From contig QPMI01000207.1 in NCBI GenBank assembly GCA_004431415.1, positions 1 through 64,000 on the forward strand: a stretch of 64,000 nucleotides of DNA, read 5' to 3'. Positions 35,696 to 47,205 of the stretch are shown here, piece after piece. The position numbers and the translations under genes were made by a program. The stretch comes from Cyanophora paradoxa CCMP329 (lineage: Eukaryota > Plantae > Glaucophyta). Every line of letters begins with the position of its first letter. The stretch's first letter is position 1. The notes under the pieces were generated by a model. That model did not search any database. It was given only the letters and a program-made list of their open reading frames with translations, and was not told where the DNA came from.

Positions 35696-38528
35696 ATGGC
35701 GCCTCCAGCGGTAGCCGCAGAGCTACCGGTGGAACAGCGAACAGTGCAGACCCTCACATTTCAGAGTTTGAAGCGGACTCGGGACATGTTCGTGAACAAC
35801 TATGGTATGCGGCCCGCTGACGACGCCGAAAGGTCCGCAATCTGTCGCATTTTCGATCGGTCCGCGAAACGAACCCGTTCGCGCAGCCAACGCGTCAAGA
35901 TCCTCAGCAAAGTGCTCGATGAGTACGATGCCGTGAAGGATATCCCGCCGCCCGCCCAGGTCAACACAGTTACCGCCTCGGGCTCTGCAGCACCGCCCGG
36001 CTCGATCCCTCTCTTCATTCATCCCTCCCAAGTCATGTCGAAGGAGACCGCAAATGCGCCCGACCGTCCTGTCGTCGCGGGCACCCACGCCTTCCCCAAC
36101 GCTCCCGGTACGTCGCATGTGGTCATAATAGCGTTCCCAGCCGATTGCGGCTCATTGCGCCGCCTTCAGGCGTCGCCCTCACCCCCGATACCGCCGCGGA
36201 GTCCAACCCATCCGAAAGCGCCATCGAACGCGTCCTTGAATCCCTTCCTCGTCCAAACAAAGCGTGCGTCTGCGTCCGCGATCGCGGCCGCGCGCTAGCA
36301 GCACCATCCCGATCGATCAGCCACCCATTAGCCATCCCGGCTATGCGCCCGCTCCGAATCAGCCATCCTCGGAAGCTTTCTTTTCGATGCTTTCGAGGGC
36401 AGAGTGCGGGGGGTCCAGGGCCTCGCGCCTGACCTTCAGGGGTCCTCCGCTAGTTTACCCTCGAAGAGAAACCGTTTCCTATTAAAACAGCCTCCGCCAC
36501 ATCCGCCGCGGCTGCTGTGTCGGAAGGTCACGACATGCTTAGCTCCTTTCCACCCTCCCACCTTTCGAGGGCAGAGTGCGGGGGATCCAGGGCCTCGCGC
36601 CTGACCTTCAGGGGTCCTCCGCTAGTTTACCCTCGAAGAGGAACCGTTTCCTATTAAAACAGCCTCCGCCACATCCGCCGCGGCTGCTGTGTCGGAAGGT
36701 CACGACATGCTTAGCTCCTTTCCACCCTCCCACCTTTCGAGGGCAGAGTGCGGGGGATCCAGGGCCTCGCGCCTGACCTTCAGGGGTCCTCCGCTAGTTT
36801 ACCCTCGAAGAGGAACTGTTTCCTATTAAAACAGCCTCCGCCACATCCGCCGCGGCTGCTGTGTCGGAAGGTCACGACATGCTTAGCTCCTTTCCACCCT
36901 CCCACCTTTCGAGGGCAGAGTGCGGGGGATCCAGGGCCTCGCGCCTGACCTTCAGGGGTCCTCCGCTAGTTTACCCTCGAAGAGGAACCGTTTCCTATTA
37001 AAACAGCCTCCGCCACATCCGCCGCGGCTGCTGTGTCGGAAGGTCACGACATGCTTAGCTCCTTTCCTCTTTTCCGAACCCCGTTCCCGAAATCGCTCAG
37101 TGTCCTCGCCGTCTCTTCTCAATTGCGGCCAGCCGCGTTGACGCCCGGCCCTGCAGGCAAACGGCGAGCGCCCTTGTCGCCTACACGGGCGGGGCGCCCA
37201 AGACGCCGGGCGCACCGGGCGGCTCGACCCCCAACCTCGCACAGGCCCTCATGCTGAAGACGAAGAACACAATACGCCCGGACTGGCACCCGCCCTGGAA
37301 GCTCATGCGGGTGCGCCCTCGGGCGGGCGCGGCGCCGGGGTCTGGGGCGGGGGCCGACCCCGCGGCAGGTGATCTCGGGGCACCTGGGCTGGGTGCGCTG
37401 CGTGACGGTGGACTGCAGCAACGAGTGGTTCGCCACAGGCTCGGCGGACCGCACCATCAAGGTGCCGCCGCCGCCGCCGCCCGCGCCGGCTCCTGGCCCC
37501 GCGCGGCGCGCCGATGGCCGCGGCGCCGGCAGGTGTGGGACCTCGCGTCGGGGACGCTGAAGCTGACCCTCACGGGCCACATCAGCGCCGTCCGCGGGCT
37601 CGTCTCCAGCGAGCGCCACCCGTACCTCTTCTCCGTCGCCGAGGACAAGACGGTCAAGTGCTGGGACCTCGAGTGCAACAAGGTGATCCGGCAGTACCAC
37701 GGGCACCTCTCGGGCGTCTACTCGTGCGCCGTGCACCCGACCCTCGACCTCCTCTTCACCGGCGGCCGCGACTCGACCGTCCGCGTGCGCCCTGTCGCCC
37801 CCGCCGCCACGCGCCCCGCCCCTCGCGCGCCCCGCGGCGGCCGACGGGGCCGGCGGGGGCGCAGGTGTGGGACATCCGGACGAAGGCGCAGATCCACTGC
37901 CTGAGCGGGCACACGAACACGGTGGCGCACGTGATGGCGCAGGGCGTCGACCCCCAGGTCGTCTCCTGCTCGATGGACACGACCGTCAAGCTCTGGGACC
38001 TCGCCGCCGGCAAGTGCATGGTCACCCTCACGAACCACAAGAAGAGCGTGCGCGGCGGCGCGCTGCACCCGAAGGAGTTCACGTTCGCGACGGCGTCGGC
38101 GGACAACATCAAGAAGTGGAAGCTGCCCAAGGGCGAGTTCCTCCACAACCTCTCGGACCACAAGGCCATCGTCAACTGCCTCGCCGTCAACGCCGACGGC
38201 GTCCTCGCCTCGGGCGCCGACAACGGCTCGATGTGCTTCTGGGACTGGCGCACGGGCTACAACTTCCAGCAGACGCAGACGGTGGCGCAGCCGGGCTCGC
38301 TGGACGCCGAGTGCGGCATCTTCGCGATGGCCTTCGACGTCACGGGCTCCCGCCTCATCGTCGGCGAGGCCGACAAGTCCATCAAGATCTGGCGCGAGGA
38401 CGAGACCGCCACCCCCGAGGTGCCCCCGCCCCGCCCCGCCCCGCCCCACGCCCCGGCCGACGCCGGCGCCCGCCCCGCAGACGCACCCCATCGACTTCAA
38501 GCCGGAGACGGCGCCCAAGCGGTGGTAG
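35696..38528 (+). CDS. PLRG1: Pleiotropic regulator 1 / Prp46 (WD40 splicing factor)
   Basis: [30 protein letters not shown], seven WD repeats, [24 protein letters not shown]. Confidence 0.96.
36391..36538 (+). ncRNA. H/ACA box snoRNA, copy 1 (intronic)
   Basis: Hairpin - H box AGAGAA (36465-36470) - hairpin - ACA (36533-36535) + 3 nt; both pockets 14 nt from their boxes; guides match LSU rRNA. Confidence 0.88.
36563..36710 (+). ncRNA. H/ACA box snoRNA, copy 2
   Basis: 172-bp tandem copy; H box AGAGGA. Confidence 0.88.
36735..36882 (+). ncRNA. H/ACA box snoRNA, copy 3
   Basis: 172-bp tandem copy; a C>T change keeps a wobble pair in the lower stem. Confidence 0.88.
36907..37054 (+). ncRNA. 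H/ACA box snoRNA, copy 4
   Basis: 172-bp tandem copy; ACA at 37049-37051. Confidence 0.88.
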
Positions 38529-38852
38529 CGGCGCAGCCGCAGCCGCCCCGCGCCTCGACCCGCATCGCCGCCCCGCGCGGCCCCCGCCGGCTCGCCCCGC
38601 ACTCCACGCCTCTCCGCGTCTGTATTTGAATTCCAGCGGTGGTGTCGAGGCTTTGCGGCCAAGCAGTGCGAACCGACGCGATTCTCGGGGAACCAGGAGC
38701 CCTCGGATTTGCACGATTCTGAGTGCAGTCGACCGATGAAGACAAACTGCCCACCGCACACTAGGCCTGCGGCAAGGACTGGAACACTGCACGAGACTGC
38801 TGCAAGCAAAAAAAAAAAAGCAACGCGATCACACGCACAGCGCGGGTTGGAA

Positions 38853-41800
38853 CTAGAGCCACGTGGACTCGAACTCGCCGGGGGGCGGGGCGGGGCGCCC
38901 GAGGGCCGGCACCCGCACGCCCGTCTCGGCGGCGAGGCGCAGGGCTGCGGCGAGGGCGGCGGTGGCGGCGGCCGGCTCGGGCTCGGCGCGGGCGAGGCGG
39001 AGGCGGGCGGCGACCTCGAAGGGGCGCAGGCCGAGGCGCGATAGCCCGGCGGCGGCGGCGCGGAGGTGCAGCAGGCGGCTGCGCGGGGCGAGGCCGGGCC
39101 GCTCCGCGCGCGCCACCTCGACGAAGGGGCGAGCGCCGGCAGTCGCTTCCGGCACGTCTCCTCGAGCAGCGCCTGCACGCTCCTCGCCAGCCGCTCCGCC
39201 CGCCGCAGCGCCTCCGCCGCCTCCTCCGCCGTGGGCCAGGCGGGGCCCGGGCCGGGGCCGGGGCCGGGGCCGGCCTCGCTCTTCTCGGTGGGGGCGACGG
39301 AGGAGCGCGGCGGGCCGCGCCGGCCGCAGAAGAGGGAGGCGAGGCCGCGGGGCGCCCCCGGCCAGGGCCGCCCGCGCGCGCACCCAGAGGCTGAACTCCA
39401 GCAGGATGGCCGGCAGCACTGGCGGGCGGGGCGGAGCGGGGCGGTCGGTGAGGGGCGGCGGGGGCCGAGGGGGCGGGGCGGGGCGGGGCGCACGGAGGGC
39501 GACCCAGCTCATGGTGGCGCGCTCGGCGCGCCAGATGGCGACGCTCGCCTCCGCGTGGGCGAGGGCATCTGCGAGGCGCCCCGCCCGCCACGCCAGCAGG
39601 CACTTGCCAGCGCGCAGGATCTCCAGGATCCACCACCGCATCGCCTTGTACTCCGCCACGCCCTGCGCGCGCGCTCGGCGGGCGAGCGGGGGCCTGGGGC
39701 GGGGCGGGCGGGGCGCCTGCTGGGCCTGGCGGAGGAGGGCGGCCGCCTCCTCGTCGCCCCCCGCGAGCACCGCGCCGAAGGCCCCCACGAGGGCCGCGAG
39801 GAAGGCCCCGTAGCTCCCCGCCCCGAGCCGCGAGGCGAAGACGGCCGCCTCCTCGCAGCTGCGCCGCGCCTCGGCGAGGCGGCCCGTCACGAGGAGCGGC
39901 ACGGCGGCGGCGGCGAGCAGCTCGTGGTTGTTCGGCTGCGGGCTCGCCACCCCGGAGGCCGCCCGGAACCTGCGCCCGCCGCCCTCGCCACGCGCCCCCG
40001 GCGGCGGGAGGGCGGGCGGGGCACCGGCGGGCGCCCTCGGCGAAGTTGCCGGCGCGGCAGAGCTGCATCCCCGCGTGGTTGTCGCACGCCGCGCGCGCCG
40101 CGTCGACGTCGAGCCGCTCCGCCAGCCGCTGCGCCTGCGCCCCCGCCTCGGGGGAGCCCGACGGGGAGGGGGCGGGGCGGGGCGGGGCGGGCCTGGACGA
40201 GGAGGGCGGCGCCCTGGGCGGAGAAGCCGACGGCGTCCAGGAGCGTGCTGAAGTTGGCCCACACGCTGCGCCCCCCCCGGTCCCTCAGCGACCCGGGGTG
40301 CGGTGCGGCCGCATCGGCGGGCCCACCGGCACTCGGCGAGGCCCAGGCGGTCACGGGGAAGCCCCTCTGCAAGGGGAGGCTCGCGGGGGCGGGGCCGGCG
40401 GGCGGGATGGGGCGGGGGCGGCGGCACCGACGATCTCGAAGGCGCGGACGAGGGCGAGGGTGACCCAGGCGAAGCCGCCGCGGCCGCCGAAGCTCTCCTT
40501 CAGGAGGCCCGTCCAGAAGAGGATGAGGAGCGCCTCCAGCAGCGCCTCCCGCTGCCCGTCGCTCTCGGGCGCGTGCAGCCAGTGCGAGCCGCGCCCCCCC
40601 GGCCCCGCCCTCCCGACCCGCCCCGCCGCCCTCCACGCCCGCAGGTAGATCCCTGCCGCCGCCGGCGTGAGGCGCGAGTGGCGAGGGCGGACGGGGGCGG
40701 ACCGAGGGCGGCGGCGGGGCCGATGCGGGAGCGGGGCATGGGCTCGCCGAGGGTGAGGAGGCAGGCCTCGGCCGCCTCGCCGGCCTCGTCGAAGTCGCCC
40801 GAGTAGTTCAGCGCCAGCGCGAGGTGCCGCAGCGCCCCCGCCCGCACCGCCCGCCACCGTCCCGCCTCCGCCCCGCCCCGCCCCGCCCCGCCCCCGCCCC
40901 GAGCGCCGCCGCTGGCCCCCGCTCGCCGGCGGGGCGGGGGCCGCAGGGAGGCGGGGAGGGGCGGGAAGGCGGCGGGGCCGCAGAGCTCGAGGTCGTCGAT
41001 GGCGGCGATGAGCTCGCCGAAGAGGCGCCGCGCCTCGCGCAGCGCGTTGGCGCGCGCCGCCGCCCGCGCCGCCCGCTCGAGGTGCACCAGCGCCCGCTCG
41101 GGCTCGCCGGCCGCGCGCCAGTGCAGTCTGCCGGCGGGCCGCCTCGGCACGCAGCGGGTGCGGGGAGGGGGGCGGGGCGGGCGGGGCGCACGCGATGGCG
41201 GCCGGCTCGTCGGGGCGGTGCTCCTCGAGCCAGCGGGCGAGGCGCCCGTGCACCTCCACGCGCAGGCCCGACGGGATCCCAGCGTACACCGCGTCCCTGC
41301 CCCCGCCCGCCCGCTCAGGGGCCGGCGGGGCGCGGGGCCGGCGGGGGCCGGCGCGGGCACCGGAGGAGGGCGTGGAGGAAGCAGAAGGCCTGCTGCGGGG
41401 CCGGCCACGGCCTCTGCTCCGCCCCCTCCTTCCCCTCCTCCCCCTCGCTCCCCTCTTCCTCGTCGTCGTAGACCGATCCTGCATCTTCGGCGCGCTCGCT
41501 CGCAGGCTCCGAGCCGCCCACCTCCTGCGGCGGCCCCGTCAGCCGCGCGCGGCCCGGCGCGGGGGCGCAGGGGGCGGGCGGACGGCGATGAGGCCGGCGC
41601 GGCGGAGGGTGCGGAAGGCGCGGCGGAGAGCGGGGGCGCCGAGGCCGCTGGGGTCGGCGGCGAGGGCCTGCTCGCAGCTGAAGTCGGATCCGGCGACGGC
41701 GAGGAGCTTGAGGAGGGCGTGGGCGTGGGAGGGCAGCTGGTCGACCCGCGCCAGCACGATCTGCTGGATCTGCGCCCCCGCGTGAGGGCGCACCCGAGCC

Positions 41801-44800
41801 GCCTCTCGCCCCCGCACGTGCCGTGTCCGGGACCTCGAAGGCGGCGTCGGGGGCGGCGTCGGGCGGGAGCGTCGCGTGCTGCCGGCAGAGCTCGACGAGG
41901 AAGAGGGGCACTGCGGGCGCGAGGTGAGCGCGGGGCCGCCCTGCGGGGGCGCGCCTGCGGGGAGCCGGCCCACCGCCCCCTGCCTTGTCCAGGACGCGCT
42001 CCACGGCGCCCTGCGGGGCGCTCAGGGGCGAGGAGACGGCGCTCCCGCCGCGGCCGCGCGCACCGGCGGCCACGTCAGCGACATCGCGCTGGAGAGGGCC
42101 TGCGGGGGGCGTGAGGCGGCGCGCGGGGCCGGCTGAGGGGGCGGCGCGGGGGCGCGCCATGAGGAGGGCGTGCGCGGCCGCCCGGTCGATGGGGCCCAGG
42201 CGCAGCAGAAGCACGCGGGCGGGGGCCCGCAGCGGCGGGAGCCGCGCCCCCGCGCCCGTCGCACGCAGCTCCGGTAGGGGTTCGAGGGCCGGGGGCAGGG
42301 CCCCCTGCAGGCTGAGCGCGGCGGGGCCCGGGTCGAGGGGGTGCGGGGGCAGGGGGCGCGAGACCGGGGAGGCGGGGGCGGAAGGCGAGTCGAAGGTGCG
42401 CAGGAGGGTGACGCTCTTGGCGCTGGAGAAGGGCGAGGGGAGGGAGCGCAGGCTCCCGGGGCCCGAGGCGGCGCCCGGGGGGCCCGGGGCGCCAGCCGCC
42501 TCCTCGAGCTGCCCGGAGAGGAGGAGGTAGTCGCGGGGCGGGTCCGCCATCGGGCGCGCCGTGAGGACCAGCTGCCCGGGGGGCTCACAAACGAGCTCAG
42601 CACGAGCGGAGCCGGCGCGCACCAGGAGGCTCGGGCACGAGTCGCGGATGCAGCGGACCACAAACCAGCTCACCCTGCGCCCGCGTCAGCGCAGCGCCCC
42701 GAGCTCGGCGCCGCACGCTCGGCAGCGAGCCGAGCAGGGCCGGCCCTCGGCTCCGGCTCCGGGCGGCGCACGAATCGCTCCACTGGAAGTCCTCGAGGAG
42801 GAGGCAGACGCGGGTCGGGCCGGCCGGCGGGGAGGCCCCCGGGGCGCGCCCCGGGGGCGGCGGCGGCGGCGACTGCTCCAGCGCCGAGATGAGGCTGGCG
42901 GGGCGTGAGGGGCGGGCGGGGGGGCGGGAGCGAGGCGGGGGGCACCGGGCGAGGGCGGCGGCGACGCGGGTGAGGAGGCCGACGCCGAAGACGGAGGCCG
43001 CCTGCCGCCTCGTCGCCTCCAGCCGCCGGTACGAGGCCGCCCCCGCCCCGCCCCCGCCCCCGCCCCAGACCCGCCCCGCTCGGGGGCGGGGGCGGGCGGG
43101 GCGCCCGCGCTCGAGGCGGAGGTGTCGAAGAGGCTCTCCCACAGCAGCGCCGCCTCGGGCGCGACCAGGAGCTGCCGCCGCTCGAGGTCCGCCCGCAGCG
43201 CCTCCCCGCTCGACGCGTCCGCCACCGAGGCGACGAGGCCGCGGAGGGCCCACAGCGGCGTGGCCTCCTCGACGGCGGAGGCGGCGGAGGAAAGGACGAG
43301 GACGCCGCGGGCGGCGCAGGCGCGCTGGACCTCGCGGAGCAGGCGCGTCTTGCCCATGCCCGCCTCCGCCTCGACCACGAGCGTCGAGCCCCGCCCGCGC
43401 GCCGCCAGCGCCTCCACCGCCTCCGCCGCCCGCTCCAGCTCCGCGTCCCTGCCGCGGCCTCCGATGTCGCCCCCGGCACCCGAGGGCCCCGGCGGCGCGG
43501 GGCCGCGCACCGGCCGAGGAGGGAGGCGGGGTGGCGCTGGGCGGCGGCCCCGGGACGAGGCCGCGCATCACGTCGCTGGCGGCGGAGGGGCGGCGGGACC
43601 AGAGGCTGCTTGCGCGGGGGCCATCCTTGGGGCGGGCGGCGGCCGGGCGGGCCGGAAGACGGGACGGCCTCCGCGAAGCCCTTGAAATGCGCCGGCGGCA
43701 GCGCATCGAACGAGACGCCCTGCGCAGCCGCTCGCTGCCCCGCCCCGCCCCGCCGGCGGCCCGGCGCGCCGCTCGCACCGTGGAGCGGCCGCGGGCGGTG
43801 ACGCCCGTGAGGATGCTCTGGTCGCAGAGCACCTCCTGCAGGGGGGCGCCCCCCGCCGTCTCCCCCGCCCGGCCCGCCCCGATCGCCTCCCGCGCTCTGC
43901 CCATCAGGCGCGCCGCGAGGATCTGCGGTCCGGGGCGCTGAGCAGACGGCGGCGGGCGGGGCGCCCCGGGAAGGCCGCTGCGAACGGACCACCGCGTCGC
44001 CGATCTGCGCGCCGGGAGTGATGAGGGGCGGTTGCGGATTTCCCCCCCGCGGGTGCGGGTGCGGGGTGCGGACCAGGGCGTATTCTTTTCTGCAGGGGGC
44101 GCCGAGGGTCCCGCAGAAGGTCCGCCCCGCCGCGATCTGCCGCACGTTTATGGAGAGGCGTGGGCCGGCGGCGGAGACAAGGCGCGCACGCCGCAGGCGA
44201 AGGGGGCGGCGCTCTCGCGGAACCAGGCCTGGAGGGCGAGGGCGGCCCGCACGGCGCGCTCCGCGTCGTCCTCGTGGGCGAAGCCGCCCGGCAGGCCGAA
44301 CCCGATGATCGCCGACGCCCCCTGCGCCCCGCCAGGGCTCGTTGAGGTGCGACGGGGGGGGGGGGGGGGGGGGGGAGGGGGGGGGCGGGGGCCGCGGCGC
44401 GGGGCGGGCCGCGGCGGGCGGGCGGGCGCGCCTTGTCGTCGAGGAGGATCTTGTTGACAGAACCGCCGAGCTCCTCGGCAACGCGGTGCACGGAGCGCAC
44501 CACCTGCGGACCCGCCGCTCAGGCCCCGGTGGGCGACGCCGGCCGGGGGCCGCCGCCGCCCTCTCCCTCACCTGCCCGAAGCGCGCGGCGTGGCGCGCGG
44601 TGGCCGCCCGTGGGCTCCCCGGCTCCGGCCCCACGCGGCCCCCCGGGGCGGCGGCAGCCTCCGAGGGCGCCTCGGACAAGTCGGCGGCGTCCAGCTCGGG
44701 GAAGGAGGCTGGCGAGGCGGCTTCAGGGGGGCGCGCGGGGCAGGCGGCGCGGGGCGGCGCGGGGCGGGCCGAAGACGGCGAAGACGGTGCGGATGTCGTG

Positions 44801-46076
44801 CGCGAAGAACTCGCTCCTCGCGTCGTCCCCGACGACCCCTGCGCCGGCCCGCCCCGCGTCGCCGCAGCGCACCAGCCCCGCCGGCGCGGGCGCACGGGGG
44901 CGAGGAGCAGCAGCTGCTCCGCGTACGGCGCCAGCGCCGCCTCCGCCGCCCGCGCCTCCGCCCGCAGCGGCGCCCCGCACCCGCACGCCTCCGCCCCGCC
45001 GGACGGGGCCGGGGTGGGGCTCTGGGGGCGGGGGGCTGGCGGGGAGGGGAGGAGGCGGTGGAGGGGGCGGGGGCCGGGGGCGGGGAGCTGCAGGGGCTCG
45101 GCGGGGAGGCCCGGCTGCAGGAGGGCGAGGCACTCGGCGGAGAGCACGATCTCCCTCTCCCGCGACGCCCGCTGAGCCGCGCACACTGGCCCCGCCCCAG
45201 TCCGCCCCCGCCCCGCAAGACAGCGCCAGCGCGGCGCACCCTGCACGATGACGTCGCCTGCATACAGAGCCTGCGCGGCCCGCTCGCTGCCGTGCAGCAG
45301 GAAGAGGTGCAGCTCGCCGGCCCCGACGCCTGCCGCAGGCTCGCGATGGGGAGCTGCGACGCCGCAAGCGCAAGAACGCTCACCGGTGTGCGCCGTCAGC
45401 TTCTGCCGGTTGCGCTCGAAGGCGATGGCCTGGGCGTCGCGCGCCGCCTCCACCGCCAGCGCCGCCGCCTCCCGCAGCGTCCGGCCCCGGCCCCCGCCCT
45501 CAAGCTCGCCCGCAGCGACGAACGCCACCAGCTGCGCCGGCGTCGGCGGCGCGTCATGATCAGCCGCCGAGTCGACGTCGCGAGCGCTGTACGGCGCCAG
45601 AAGACCAACGGGCATGCGCAATTGCAAGTCCAACGCACCGCATCGCCGGCAAAAACGAGGATTTCAGCGCCCCTCGCGTGTAGGCAGCTCACGAGCTGGA
45701 GGAAGTACGCGTTCAGCGTCGATGAGAGCTGCCGCCCGCACGAGTGAGCTATGGGCATTCTACGTCGGAGCGTGCAGTGGCGCGCCTGGTCAGCGGCACT
45801 CGCAGCATCGGAGCGGGCCAGGCTGCGGGCCAAAGCGCTGAAGCCGCTCACTGCGTGGATCGTGGAAGTCGACGTTATAAAGCTTCGATTAATATATATT
45901 CGCTGCAGTTGCAATACTAAATGCGAATGCCTACCGTCGAGAAAGAGCGCGGCTCCCGTTTTCGTGATGATGCCCGCCTTCGATCCCTCGCCGAGCTCTC
46001 GGAGTTGCTGGAGCGCGTGGACGAAAAGCGTTCCCGGAACATAAGGGAGCAGCGTGTGCACGTCCCCGGCGCTCAT
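38853..46076 (-). CDS. Soluble adenylyl cyclase-like protein (two class III cyclase domains + STAND/AAA ATPase + TPR-like region)
   Basis: ALFLDVSGFSAL, VFAGDA, NKILLDDK, AHEDDAERA, FCGTLGAPCRKEYALIGDAV..AARLM, P-loop AEAGMGKTRLL, LLEDFQWSD. Confidence 0.85.
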
Positions 46077-47205
46077 AGACGCCGACGACACCGAACTTGC
46101 CAGCGTAGCAGCCGCTAGATCTCAGGGAGCGTGTGCAAATGATAATCAAGAGCTTGCCACTGAAGCGGCTGGGATGGACGCGGCCATCTGGGAGATCTGG
46201 ATCGTATACGTAGCTATAGGAGAGAGGAGGAACTGATCATGATGCATCTGCTGACCCCTCGACGGGCCCTCGTCACTGCGAGTCGTCAGTGCTTAGCAGT
46301 CGTCACTGAGAGCTTGCGGTTGGTGCTGGGCATCGTTCACGGTTCGCAATTAGATTGTTCCCGCTACCGCTGCGACAGCGCGCGGCGCCGCGGCCGGCGG
46401 CCGGCTCCCTGGCGAGGCAGGCGAGTCAGTGGCGACTCCCTATAGCTATAGCTAGCTGGCAAGGCTGGCGACGCCTGCAGGCTGCAGCTGGCAGCGGCGC
46501 CCGGCTAGCTGCAGCGAGTTCTCTCTCTCAGATCAAGACCGGTACCCCCAAGGCCTCTGGCACCTCTGCAGATCCGGATACGACGTCGACGTCGACGTCG
46601 AGTTCACGTCGACTTCGCGAGCTCGATCGAGGGTTCGATTCGTCTATGGGGCTCGTCTATTCGTCTTGCTAGATCGATCTACCGGCAGAAATCGACGGCT
46701 AGTGGTTCATCATCGGATCTAATCCGCGAGAGGTCATCGGATCTAAGCCGCTAGGTCATCGGATCTAGAGCTAGCACTGCAGCTGTACGTAACAGTACGT
46801 TGAGCTAGGGGCTAGCTAGGTTGACCCGTTGAGCCGCTAGCTAGGGGCCTAGGCCCTAGGGCGGGGCCGGGAGGGCCGCGGCCCGAGGCCGAGGCCGGCG
46901 GCCTGCAGCTGCTGGGCCGGTCGACGTCCGGCCGCGGCCCGCGGCCGGGACACGTGCGAGCGCCAGTATGCGGGAGCTTGCGCGCCGGCCGGCCCCGCGC
47001 CACCGGCGACCAGGGGAAAGTCGAGGGGAGCTCCCCGGCGGCGGCACGGGCCGACCTCGCCGGCCCCCTGCGCGGGCCCGGGCCCCTGCCCAGCTGGGCT
47101 CCCGCCGGCCAGGAACGAGCTGGAGGGGCGGAACGAGCCCGACGGGCGGGGCGGGGCTTGCATGCGGAGCTCCAGCGGGGGCCGGCGGGGGGCCGGCGCC
47201 GCCAG

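Noticed and set aside
36390-37066. 172-bp array as CRISPR, satellite or ribozyme (hammerhead, HDV, twister) repeat
   Set aside because: No unique spacers and no complete ribozyme core; H/ACA architecture with rRNA-matching pockets explains it.
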